Source: an uncultured Poribacteria bacterium (GTDB lineage: Bacteria > Poribacteria > WGA-4E > WGA-3G). Taken from it: 64,000 bases of DNA. The notes under the pieces were generated by a model. It was not told where the DNA came from. It did no database searches and saw only the letters and a list, made by a program, of their open reading frames with translations. Each line of letters begins with the position of its first letter. Position 1 is the first letter of the stretch. Positions 49,102 through 58,414 of this stretch are shown in pieces. The DNA lies in assembly GCA_951813565.1 (NCBI GenBank), contig OX638351.1:1728001-1792000 (forward strand). The letters run 5' to 3'. The position numbers and the translations under genes were made by a program.

Positions 49102-49461
49102 ATGGACAGTATCATCATAAAAGGTATCCGATTTCACGGCCACCACGGTGTTCCAAAAGCGGAACGGCAGGTTGGTGGACATTACGAAATTGATGCGACA
49201 TTGCGTTGCTCGCTTGTGAACGCTTGCAGGACCGACGCGCTTGAGAACACAATTGATTATGCGAGCGTTGTTGATCTCATTGTTGATATTGGCACACAAC
49301 AGTCGTTTCAACTCATTGAGGCACTTGCAGAGACAATAGCATCAGAGATTTTAACACAATTCCCGATAGATACCGTGCAGCTTACCGTCAAAAAACTTCA
49401 CCCACCGATAGAACAACCGATTGCCTACTTTGCCGTTGAAATCTGTCGTCCAAAGGAGTAA
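49102..49461 (+). CDS. folB: Dihydroneopterin aldolase
   Basis: GHHGV..AER, TIDY, LIEALAE, VKK..PP. Confidence 0.93.
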   Translation: MDSIIIKGIRFHGHHGVPKAERQVGGHYEIDATLRCSLVNACRTDALENTIDYASVVDLIVDIGTQQSFQLIEALAETIASEILTQFPIDTVQLTVKKLHPPIEQPIAYFAVEICRPKE

Positions 49462-49463
49462 GA

Positions 49464-50669
49464 ATGCGATTTATACAGCGGTTGTGCATCATCACATCAT
49501 TTCTATGTCTAATAAGCACCATCGCACAAGCAGATGGGACGAAAACCCAACTTTTTCCTGACCTGTCACCTGGACTCAATGTTTACCGTTACGATTGGGA
49601 TGTTGAAACATGTGTCCTCTATGTTGCTGAGATGACACGAAATAATCCGACACTACACTTTGAGGTTGCACTCGGGAATTCGCAGGTTCTTGGAAAAGAG
49701 ACTGTGCGTTCTATGGCGAAACGCCGCACACAACGGGGTGATCGACGCGTCGTTGTAGCAGTTAACGGAGGTTTTGGTGTCCTCGGTGATATGCGAGGTT
49801 ACGGTGGCGTTTTGGAAAACATACACATCCAAGATGGTGAACTCATCACACAACCAACGGATACTGAAGCATGCTTCGGTGTGACTGAATCCGGTGAATT
49901 CCTAAGCACTCCCGTACAAATGAAAGCGAGCGTCCAAATAGGGACACATACGCTACTGATCGGATGTATAAATCAGCGCAGACTCGATGGATGTAAGGTG
50001 ACACTTTACACACCACGCCTCGGTGAATCAACACACACTAACCGCCGCAGAGGTAAAGAAGTAATACTCAGTGGACTCCCACTCCCTTTGACACCAAACT
50101 ACGCGCGCCCCTATCAAGTAGAAAAGATTTCAAACAATGGAAATAGTCCTATTTCCAAAGATAGTGCTGTTCTCTGGATTAGTTCACAGATAAAAGATGC
50201 TGGGGTCTCACAGTTCAATCCTGGGGCAACTGGTAAACTTACAGTCTCTCTTTCGCCACCCGAGTGGAATCAGGTTCGCCATGCGATTGGAGGACGACTC
50301 CGACTTCTCAAAAATGGGAAAATAAATCAGGAACTTGTGGATACGCATTTAAAAAATAAAAAGAAACATGTTCCCGGAAAACGGGATCAGTTCCTAAACC
50401 TGAGCCATGAACCACGAACAGCACTTGGCTACAATGCCGACACCCTGTTTTTAGTTGTCGCTGACGGACGGCAACCCAAATATAGCACAGGTTTGACTCT
50501 CTACGAACTCGCCAGCATTCTTATTGAACTCGGTGCAACTGAAGCAATCAATCTTGATGGTGGATCCTCAAGTACTTTTGTTGTTAACGATGAGGTTATC
50601 AACAAGCCTTCCGGACAGCAGGAGCGGGAGGTTCTGAACGCAGTGTTTATTACAACGGATGTGGATTAA
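49464..50669 (+). CDS. Secreted phosphodiester glycosidase (NAGPA) family protein
   Basis: AVNGGF, EPRTALG, ADGRQ, AINLDGGSSS. Confidence 0.88.
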   Translation: MRFIQRLCIITSFLCLISTIAQADGTKTQLFPDLSPGLNVYRYDWDVETCVLYVAEMTRNNPTLHFEVALGNSQVLGKETVRSMAKRRTQRGDRRVVVAVNGGFGVLGDMRGYGGVLENIHIQDGELITQPTDTEACFGVTESGEFLSTPVQMKASVQIGTHTLLIGCINQRRLDGCKVTLYTPRLGESTHTNRRRGKEVILSGLPLPLTPNYARPYQVEKISNNGNSPISKDSAVLWISSQIKDAGVSQFNPGATGKLTVSLSPPEWNQVRHAIGGRLRLLKNGKINQELVDTHLKNKKKHVPGKRDQFLNLSHEPRTALGYNADTLFLVVADGRQPKYSTGLTLYELASILIELGATEAINLDGGSSSTFVVNDEVINKPSGQQEREVLNAVFITTDVD

Positions 50670-50692
50670 TCTTAATTTTTTGGAGGTTCAAT

Positions 50693-51736
50693 GTGAAGGT
50701 TCATTTTTCAGTTGTATGCATGCTGTTTCTTACGTTTTTGGTTTCAGACAGTCAGCAAGCAGAAGAAGTTCCCAAGTTATTAAAGGCAGTACCGCTATCG
50801 CAAACCGCGATTCAACTTCAATTTGACGGAAAATTACAAGCGGAGGCTGCTGAAGACTCCTCAGTCTATCAGATTACGCCAAATATAAAAATTGAATTCG
50901 CGTGGCTTGATGATCGTCTGAATCGTGTACTGCTAATTACTTCTCCGTTAGAGATAGGGAAAACTTATCGACTCACACTACAAAATACAAAAACAGAAAT
51001 AGATGTAACGCTCCCTGCCGAAAACGAAATCACTTTCGGCACAGGCGATTTGGTCACATTCTCTGGAGGCTTGCAAGATACGAGCTTAATTGTTAATAAA
51101 GATCGCAAAACACGAAACAACAACGTTGGTGCTGAAACGACCCTCTTATGTAATCCGACAGGAACCGTTTTCTTCGTCGCTTTTGACCTGTTTGAGGCGT
51201 TTGAAGATATGGGTATCCGAGAACCGAAACAGGTATTAGAGGCATCAATAAGCCTACATGCACAGCAATCGGATGCAGATACTGCTCAAACTGTTATTCT
51301 TCGCCGCGTTTTGCTTCCGTGGCGTGAAGGTAGAGGCACTTCAGATCGCGCCGAAGAGAACGAACTTACTTATAACAGCGCATTACATCGCAACCTGCCA
51401 TGGAATAAATCGCCCGCACAAGCCATGTTAGCAGGGATAGATGGTGATAATGAGAGTGATTACAACGGTTCTGAGGATGTCGCACACCGAATTGACGGCG
51501 CTTTTAAGATTCAAGAAGCAGGCAAACGTTATACTTTTAAAGGTGATTTAATCACCGATGCAGTCCGTTTTTGGGTGAAAAATCCTGATTACAACTACGG
51601 TTATCTTTTTGCCATGCGAGATGGTAACGCTCCCTTCATTTTCTCTTCAAAAGAGACAGTAGATGAAAACTTGCGTCCAGTGTTAACAATTCGCTACCAA
51701 ACACAATCGGACGTAGAAACTGCACCGCTTCGTTAG
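50693..51736 (+). CDS. Secreted protein with Ig-like and DNRLRE-like domains
   Basis: Signal peptide; RVLLPWREG, WVKNPDYNYG, FSSKE..LRPVLTI.Y. Confidence 0.7.
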   Translation: MKVHFSVVCMLFLTFLVSDSQQAEEVPKLLKAVPLSQTAIQLQFDGKLQAEAAEDSSVYQITPNIKIEFAWLDDRLNRVLLITSPLEIGKTYRLTLQNTKTEIDVTLPAENEITFGTGDLVTFSGGLQDTSLIVNKDRKTRNNNVGAETTLLCNPTGTVFFVAFDLFEAFEDMGIREPKQVLEASISLHAQQSDADTAQTVILRRVLLPWREGRGTSDRAEENELTYNSALHRNLPWNKSPAQAMLAGIDGDNESDYNGSEDVAHRIDGAFKIQEAGKRYTFKGDLITDAVRFWVKNPDYNYGYLFAMRDGNAPFIFSSKETVDENLRPVLTIRYQTQSDVETAPLR

Positions 51737-51784
51737 TCTATGTTGAGTTTATCTTTCTGTTGAAGCGAGTTGTGCACACAACAT

Positions 51785-53074
51785 TCACATATACTTCCGC
51801 AAATGCGCTAATGTCTGTTCCACAGCACCGAGATTTTCCTCAATTAATTGTTTCCCAATATGTCCAGTCTCTGTTAGTTTTTCTTTATCATTTAGCCATT
51901 CCTTGAGAACATCTGCCATCTGTTGAGGTGTATGTGCTATTTTCGCCGCGCCTCTTTCCAGTAATAAGGACGCTTCATAGGAATTCTGTATAGTAGGTCC
52001 AAAAAGAACCGGTTTCGCCATCGCAGCAGGTTCCATCACATTGTGAATGCTACCGTGAAAACTTCCGCCTACAAAAGCAATGTCCGCTAACTGATACAGT
52101 TTTGCTAAAATCCCCACCTTATCAACGACAAGAACATCTATGTCTTCCAAATTCGCATCACTGTTAAGTTCTGAGAAACAACGGTGTACTAATTTTCGCT
52201 TATTTAGTTCTGCTTGAATTTCGGCTATCCGTTCCGATGTCGGTTCGTGCGGCACTAAAATTAAGTTTGGGTTATGCTCAGGTGTGTCTTTGCAAAGAAT
52301 CTGGGACGCTTCCAATAGGACCTTCTCATCATCCGAGTATGTGCTACCAGCAATGAGGATAGGGCGATTTAAAGTCGCTTGCCCAGGAAAAAATTCTGTA
52401 TTAGATTCAACCGAAATTGCTCGCTTGTAAACCTGTTCATAGCGGGTATCGCCAGTGACAACAACCTGATGTTTTGAAGAACAGAGTTGTTGAAACCGAG
52501 TTGCATCCGCTTCAGAAATGGCACAATGTAACTTAATATGCCGATGCACACTTCTAAAAAAAGACTTTGCGAATCTGCCGAGACGTTTCGATCCAGCATG
52601 CAGTGTTCCAGCGATTACAACGATAGGAATTTTATATTTGGATGCTTTCCAAACGAGGTTGGGCCAAATATCGTATCTGGAAAAAATCAGACACGTAGGT
52701 TTGATGAGATTTATTAAACGTTCTGCATTGCGAGGTGTATCAAAGGGGAAAAAAGCGGCTGCATCAACATAAGGATAGGCATCAACATTTGGCGCAACCG
52801 AAGGGGAGAAGAAAGTTAAAACAATTCGGACATCTATGTAGATCGCTTCAATCAGCGGTTTAGCTTGTTCAAATTCTCCAACAGAAGTGAAATGGAACCA
52901 TGCCGTTTTTTCTAAATTTCGGGCATCGTTGAGTTGACGCTCCAACTTCTCAAATACCTGTCTCCGTCCAATGATACCCTCACGTATTTTGCGATTGCAA
53001 CACGCAGCCAAGTGAAAACCGATAAACATAACGGGAAGTACGAACGTGTTGTAGACAAATCGCCAAAACATCAT
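51785..53074 (-). CDS. waaA: 3-deoxy-D-manno-octulosonic acid transferase
   Basis: WFHFTSVGE, GDTRY, AGST, VPHEP, FVGGSF..HNVMEPA. Confidence 0.9.
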   Translation of the reverse strand: MMFWRFVYNTFVLPVMFIGFHLAACCNRKIREGIIGRRQVFEKLERQLNDARNLEKTAWFHFTSVGEFEQAKPLIEAIYIDVRIVLTFFSPSVAPNVDAYPYVDAAAFFPFDTPRNAERLINLIKPTCLIFSRYDIWPNLVWKASKYKIPIVVIAGTLHAGSKRLGRFAKSFFRSVHRHIKLHCAISEADATRFQQLCSSKHQVVVTGDTRYEQVYKRAISVESNTEFFPGQATLNRPILIAGSTYSDDEKVLLEASQILCKDTPEHNPNLILVPHEPTSERIAEIQAELNKRKLVHRCFSELNSDANLEDIDVLVVDKVGILAKLYQLADIAFVGGSFHGSIHNVMEPAAMAKPVLFGPTIQNSYEASLLLERGAAKIAHTPQQMADVLKEWLNDKEKLTETGHIGKQLIEENLGAVEQTLAHLRKYM

Positions 53075-53182
53075 GCTTTGTTACGAGAAGTAGACTGCAA
53101 GTTTCTAACGCAGTGAAATCCACAGAAGCCTGCCGAAGCGTTATATGCTCCGGCTTAGTCGCTTCCACATAGAAGGGATAGA

Positions 53183-53512
53183 TTAAAGCGCATCCAAGAT
53201 TTTTTTCTTGAGCGCATCTTTAGGCATTGCGCCGACAATCTGATCCGCGACCTCTCCATCTTTAAAGACAAGCAGCGTCGGAATGCTTCGGACACTATAT
53301 TTCATTGCCGTTTGACGGTTGTCGTCCACGTTGACCTTTCCAACTTTGAAAGTGTCCGCATTTTCAGCGGCAAGTTCCTCCAAAATTGGTGCAATCATTT
53401 TGCACGGACCGCACCACTCTGCCCAAAAGTCAACAACGACAGGTGTATCTGATGTAAGCACCATTCCTTCAAACGTATCGTCTGTGATTTCAAAAGTATT
53501 TTCAGCCATCAT
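53183..53512 (-). CDS. trxA: Thioredoxin
   Basis: DFWAEWCGPCK, SIPTL. Confidence 0.95.
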   Translation of the reverse strand: MMAENTFEITDDTFEGMVLTSDTPVVVDFWAEWCGPCKMIAPILEELAAENADTFKVGKVNVDDNRQTAMKYSVRSIPTLLVFKDGEVADQIVGAMPKDALKKKILDAL

Positions 53513-53824
53513 AACTCCTTTTTACTTGAATAATTGAAAATGATTTAGGTATATTCGCTACCACGGTTCCCAACTGTTGTGGTGATTTTTCAGAATGTTA
53601 TTAACGCATCTGCAGCCTTTTGATTTGGCAAGGTCGATAAACAAAACTTTCTTTCAGACGAATCAATATGTTAAATATGTTACCCTATTCCAAAATTAAT
53701 TTCCACATATAATTAACCACTTTCAATTTTAGGTAGGTGCAGCTCGTTTCAATCTAAACTTTTGATACACATAACATACCCATAGATGAAAACCGTCCAT
53801 CAAATTTTCTCTGCTAAGTAACAA

Positions 53825-53853
53825 TTGACAAACACATCTCTAAATTGTATAAT
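53825..53853 (+). promoter_or_regulatory. Consensus sigma70 promoter of the FRG/TPR locus
   Basis: TTGACA-17 bp-TATAAT with extended -10 TG. Confidence 0.75.
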
Positions 53854-54359
53854 CTGATTAAGAACTGGTTGAAAGAATAAAATCAAAACACAACACCAAT
53901 GAGCAACACACCAATTGAGATATTAAGTTTAGCAGAGTACATTAATCGAATAGATGAAATAACCGATCCTGGTGTAAACTATCTATATCGCGGACAAGAA
54001 AACGCAGCATGGCGAGTGACTAGTAGTGCTTACCGTCGCTTGTTAACAGGTCAAACCGATACTGAGACAGGTTCATTGGAAATACAACCTGATAATGAGA
54101 CAAGTTCATTGGAAATACAACCTGATACTGAGACTGAGACAGATTTGTTGCCATATCTGTTTGTAGGTTATCTTAAACAGATTATTGATGAGATTCAACT
54201 AAGGTATCCGTCTACATATAAGGATCTGTTTGCATTAGAGTGCATGGCACATTTGCAACATAATAAAGTCGCTACAGGACTCATTGATTTTACATTCAGT
54301 CCGCTTGTGGCACTTTGGTTTGCTTGTGATAATCAAGAGAACGCAGACGGTAAAGTTTT

Positions 54360-55767
54360 CGCAATAAGTAGTTTTGGACTTTCAAAAAGCCCTTAAGCGT
54401 TATGGAAATTTATACTTAATAGGGTATGAGAATTCGGAAAAGCACTAAACGGCGAAGACTAATTTCTAACTCTAATCTGCGAGAACTTCTGCCCCTCCAC
54501 CTCACATCGGTATAAAAGTTGAGCGCGCTTGATAGATACTTTGCAACGGCAGACAATTCTTCTAATCGTTTTGCCGTTGTGATATGAGTGTGGTCCAGCT
54601 TGTCAAGACCTTATTCTCTAAGTTCTTCTGCCATCGTTGAGTGAGTCTTCATCTCATACTCTCATTGACAAACTTATCAAAAATGCTCTCAATGTTCCTA
54701 TAGTTGTATTTATAGCACGCCTCTGCGACATATAGGGGCGTGTATTCAGTCCAATAGTGGTGATGACTTCCATACCAAGCACGTTTGAGAAGTGACCAGA
54801 AGCCTTCAATCGTATTGGTATGGACATCACCGTCAACAAATTGTTCTTGATGATCAATGATATGGTGCTTCATCTCTTTACCGAGTGTGAGATAAGCCTT
54901 ATACTCATCAGTCATCAACTGCGATTTATCTACTTTAACAACTTCGCGAATAAAATTTAAGATAGTCCGTCCCGTCAAATCTTTTGCGAGTCTTGCCACA
55001 ACTTTCCCACCGCGTTCAATCGCTCCGATGATAGCATCTTTATCAGTGCCACGCCCACGCTTAGCAGGATCCCTGTCCTCTTTTTTGTTCGCTTTGCGAG
55101 GTTTACCCCCGACATAAGTTTCGTCAGCCTCTATGATACCTTGTAAGAGGATATTATCTTTAGCCATTTCAGCACGGATGCATGTTCCCATACGCCACGC
55201 AGTCTTTTGATTCAAGTCCAAATCTCTTGCCAACTGATGACTTGAAAGACTCTTTTTAGCATTCGTCATCAACGAGATAGCCAAAAACCACTTCTGAAGT
55301 GCTATCTTTGTCCCGTGAAACACCGTGCCACAAGTAACCTTGAAAGTAGCAGTGCAATCGTGGCATTGCCAGCGCCCGATGCGTCCCAATTCCGTTTCTG
55401 TTCGTCTTGCAACGTTTGGGCAATCACAATGTGGACACTTCGGTTTACCCTTCCACCGAATACTCTCTAAATGTTCAATACAACTCTCTTGATCAGGGAA
55501 TCGTTCCATCACTTTCAACAAATCCATCAGAAAACTCCTTTTTAGGAGTTGCTTTTTCTGACAGGTTTCTGATACAATAATTAGATAAGACAGAATGCCA
55601 GAAAAGCAACTCGCTTTTTTGTGTTCAATTAGGGGGTTAGCAGCCCTCTAATTTCTTATCTAAATTGTATCATATTTTCACAATTAAAACAAGCGAAAAA
55701 TGTAGTCTACACAAGGATTTAGAGCGATTTTTAAAATTTTGTTGAAAGTCCAAAACTACTTATTGCG
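54360..55767 (-). mobile_element. IS1595-family insertion sequence, copy 2 (1408 bp)
   Basis: Same TIRs as copy 1; 8-bp duplication AAAGTTTT. Confidence 0.95.
54649..55527 (-). CDS. IS1595-family transposase
   Basis: Differs from copy 1 at five amino-acid positions. Confidence 0.93.
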   Translation of the reverse strand: MDLLKVMERFPDQESCIEHLESIRWKGKPKCPHCDCPNVARRTETELGRIGRWQCHDCTATFKVTCGTVFHGTKIALQKWFLAISLMTNAKKSLSSHQLARDLDLNQKTAWRMGTCIRAEMAKDNILLQGIIEADETYVGGKPRKANKKEDRDPAKRGRGTDKDAIIGAIERGGKVVARLAKDLTGRTILNFIREVVKVDKSQLMTDEYKAYLTLGKEMKHHIIDHQEQFVDGDVHTNTIEGFWSLLKRAWYGSHHHYWTEYTPLYVAEACYKYNYRNIESIFDKFVNESMR

Positions 55768-56161
55768 AAAGTTTTTGTGATAGAAAACAATAAGGAGAAA
55801 ATTGAAGAGATAACAACAAAAGATAAACTCCAACAGGAACTGGATGAATTTTTTGGTGTGGATCAAGCACAGTGGCATCTTTGGGCACCAACTCTGGATA
55901 GTTTGGCAGTAGACACGCAACGCATAACGATGCAGCAGTCCGTATTTCTATTTGGATTACCTGAAGTAGATACCGCGATGGTTGTGCAAGAAATTATAAT
56001 TCCTCAGGAACACAAAGAAGGTCTAAGAACGGCATTGGCGAAATTGGGAATCACGGAAAAAACCCTATTCTCAGATCTGCTCGGCTTTTTTGAGAGAAAC
56101 ACACACGCACACCCTTACGATCTCTCACACTTGCCGAACCCTACTATGGAGAAAACCAGCG

Positions 56162-57424
56162 ATGAATGACACGCAGACCAGCACGGACAAGCGTTACTAC
56201 AATTATTTCCAACGTGCAAATTTTAGGTTAGCTTCAAACAAATGCGACGAAGCTATTGAAGATTACAACGAAGCAATAAATCTAAACCCTACCTATGCCA
56301 AATCTTATAAAAATCGTGGTCTCGCTTATTTCACCAAAGGTGAGGTTGACCGTGCTATAAAAGACTATAACAGAGCAATAGAATTGGATCCAGATAATGC
56401 TCATGCCTATAATAACCGTGGCACTGCTTACAGCATCAAAGGTGAGTTTCACCTTGCCATCAAAGACTTCAATAAAGCGATACAACTTAAACCGGACCTT
56501 GCCGAGGCTTACAATGGGCGTGGCCTGACCCACCAGAACAAAGGTGAGATTGACCGTGCTATAGAAGACTATAACAAAGCAATAGAGCTGAGATACGATT
56601 ACGCAAAAGCATATAACAATCGAGGTATCGCTTACAGCCATAAACGCAATGCTGAACAAGCTATTGAAGATATTAGCAAGGCAATAGAATTCCAACCAAA
56701 TCTTGCCGGTGCCTATTGCAACCGCGGTAATGCTTATGTGAGAAAAGGCTTAATAAACCTAGCTCTTAAAGATTATAACGAGGCAATACGTCTGAACCCG
56801 GAACTTGCAGAGGCATATTGTAATCGTGGTGTTGCTTACGAGAACAAGGGTGAACTTGAACTTGCTATTGAAGACTACACAAAAGCGATCGAATTGCAAC
56901 CTGATTATGCTGAGGCGTATAACAATCGCGGCGTAGTTTATAACAAAAAAGACGAGGTCGATCTTGCCATCAAAAACTTTAGCAAAGCGATAGAACTTAA
57001 GTCGGAACTTGCCAATGCCTATTGTAGCCGTGGTTACGCTTTTTGGGTCAAAGGTAAACTTGAACTCGCCATCGCAGACTACAACATGGCAATAAAACTC
57101 AAACCAGACTTTGCTGAGGCATATAACAATCGCGGGGTCACTTACTTCGCCAAAGGTGAACCCAAACACGCTATTGAAGACTTGAATAAAGCGATAGAAC
57201 TGCAACCTGATTATGCTGGGGCATATAACAATCGCGGCGTAGTATGGTCGGGGTTGCAACAATGGGAAAAAGCGAGGTTAGACCTGACTGTCGCTAAAAT
57301 TATAAAAAAAGACAGCATCGTCTCATTCCAACCTATTAACAAGAGCGTCGTGGACTTTGAGCAGATACCCGGTGTTAAACTACCGGATGACATCGCCGCA
57401 ATGCTAACTCCCCCGCAAACATAG
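56162..57424 (+). CDS. Tetratricopeptide repeat protein
   Basis: About 11 34-aa AY(N/C)NRG..Y...G....AI.DY.KAI.L.P repeats. Confidence 0.92.
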   Translation: MNDTQTSTDKRYYNYFQRANFRLASNKCDEAIEDYNEAINLNPTYAKSYKNRGLAYFTKGEVDRAIKDYNRAIELDPDNAHAYNNRGTAYSIKGEFHLAIKDFNKAIQLKPDLAEAYNGRGLTHQNKGEIDRAIEDYNKAIELRYDYAKAYNNRGIAYSHKRNAEQAIEDISKAIEFQPNLAGAYCNRGNAYVRKGLINLALKDYNEAIRLNPELAEAYCNRGVAYENKGELELAIEDYTKAIELQPDYAEAYNNRGVVYNKKDEVDLAIKNFSKAIELKSELANAYCSRGYAFWVKGKLELAIADYNMAIKLKPDFAEAYNNRGVTYFAKGEPKHAIEDLNKAIELQPDYAGAYNNRGVVWSGLQQWEKARLDLTVAKIIKKDSIVSFQPINKSVVDFEQIPGVKLPDDIAAMLTPPQT

Positions 57425-57704
57425 CAGTAAACAAAACTACCCTTTTAGCGGATTGCCTGATGTTATAGGTTCTCGATCTGCGAAATCTGTGTAATCCGTG
57501 CCAATCTGCAATTCAGACAACTCCGTTTGACAAAATAATTACACACCACATTATTAATTTCACTTGATAAAAAAAGTGAAACGTGATAAATTCTACTAAA
57601 ATTAAAGAATATAGACGTTTCTATCTGCGTTGAGTCAAGGAGTATAGGCTTTATATATTTGTTTATTTCGTTATTTAGATATACACCAGCAAGGGAGGAA
57701 AGGC

Positions 57705-58346
57705 ATGTCGGATAAAGATAAAGAGAAAAAGGAAGGCACGAATATTTCGCGTCGGAGTTTTTTGAAAGGCGTAGGGACTGGAACCGTCGCTGCAACCGTT
57801 GCGCCAGCGATCTTAGTCGGTGATGCGGAAACGGCAGAAGCGCAAACCGATGGAGCGGTCTCCACTGCGAAAATTCAGTTGAACATCAATGAGAAGTTAT
57901 ATGAGATTGAAGTTGAAGCACGCACCACGTTGTTGACGGTTTTGCGCGATGGAATTGACACAGGCGGAAACAATGTTGATTTGACAGGTGCTAAGCTAAT
58001 ATGTGATAGAGGTGAATGCGGCGGATGCACTGTCTTGGTTGATGGAAAAGCTGTCTACGCGTGTATGATGCTCGCAATGGATGCACAAGGGAAAAAGATT
58101 AAGACCGTAGAAGGCATTGCAAATGGTGATGACATGCATCCGGTGCAAGAAGCATTCATCCAACACGACGCGATGATGTGCGGATTCTGCACGCCCGGTT
58201 TCATCGTTTCATCAGTGGCACTCTTGAACGAAAACAAAAAACCGACGATCGCAGAGATTAAGGATGGCTTATCGGGCAATACTTGTCGTTGCGGCACTTA
58301 CCCGTTCATATTCGACGCAGTCGAAACCGCTTCAGAGAAGATGTAG
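57705..58346 (+). CDS. 2Fe-2S subunit of a xanthine dehydrogenase-family enzyme, with Tat signal (PaoA/YagT-like)
   Basis: SRRSFLK; CDRGECGGC; CGFCTPG; CRC. Confidence 0.92.
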   Translation: MSDKDKEKKEGTNISRRSFLKGVGTGTVAATVAPAILVGDAETAEAQTDGAVSTAKIQLNINEKLYEIEVEARTTLLTVLRDGIDTGGNNVDLTGAKLICDRGECGGCTVLVDGKAVYACMMLAMDAQGKKIKTVEGIANGDDMHPVQEAFIQHDAMMCGFCTPGFIVSSVALLNENKKPTIAEIKDGLSGNTCRCGTYPFIFDAVETASEKM

Positions 58347-58414
58347 TTTTGACTAAGCAACCTTCATAAGGTTGCTGTCTATGAACGCGTTATGTATTGA
58401 AAAGGAGAAAACAG

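Larger units (their letters stand above)
53899..56169 (+). pseudogene. FRG-domain gene interrupted by IS1595
   Basis: YRGQ, LQHNKVATGLIDFT.SPLVALWFAC, RITMQQSVF, LAKLGITEKTLFSDL; removing the IS and one duplication restores ...DGKVFVIENN... (284 aa). Confidence 0.88.

Noticed and set aside
53090..53170. Structured RNA between trxA and waaA
   Set aside because: It begins with GTAG and forms paired short palindromes like the other REP doublets; nothing supports a distinct ncRNA.
23552..55767. Inversion or composite transposon bounded by the two inverted IS1595 copies
   Set aside because: Copy 2 retains its own duplication and both halves of the FRG gene; the flanks are not exchanged between copies.
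56282..57262. Long antisense ORFs opposite the TPR gene (also 7298-7915 opposite mutL and 45664-46182 opposite moaE)
   Set aside because: Shadow frames of well-supported genes with no recognisable motifs.
56162..57424. TPR repeats or the duplicated domain at 21273-22472 as DGR template/variable repeats
   Set aside because: No reverse transcriptase in the window, no non-coding template copy, and differences are not confined to adenines.
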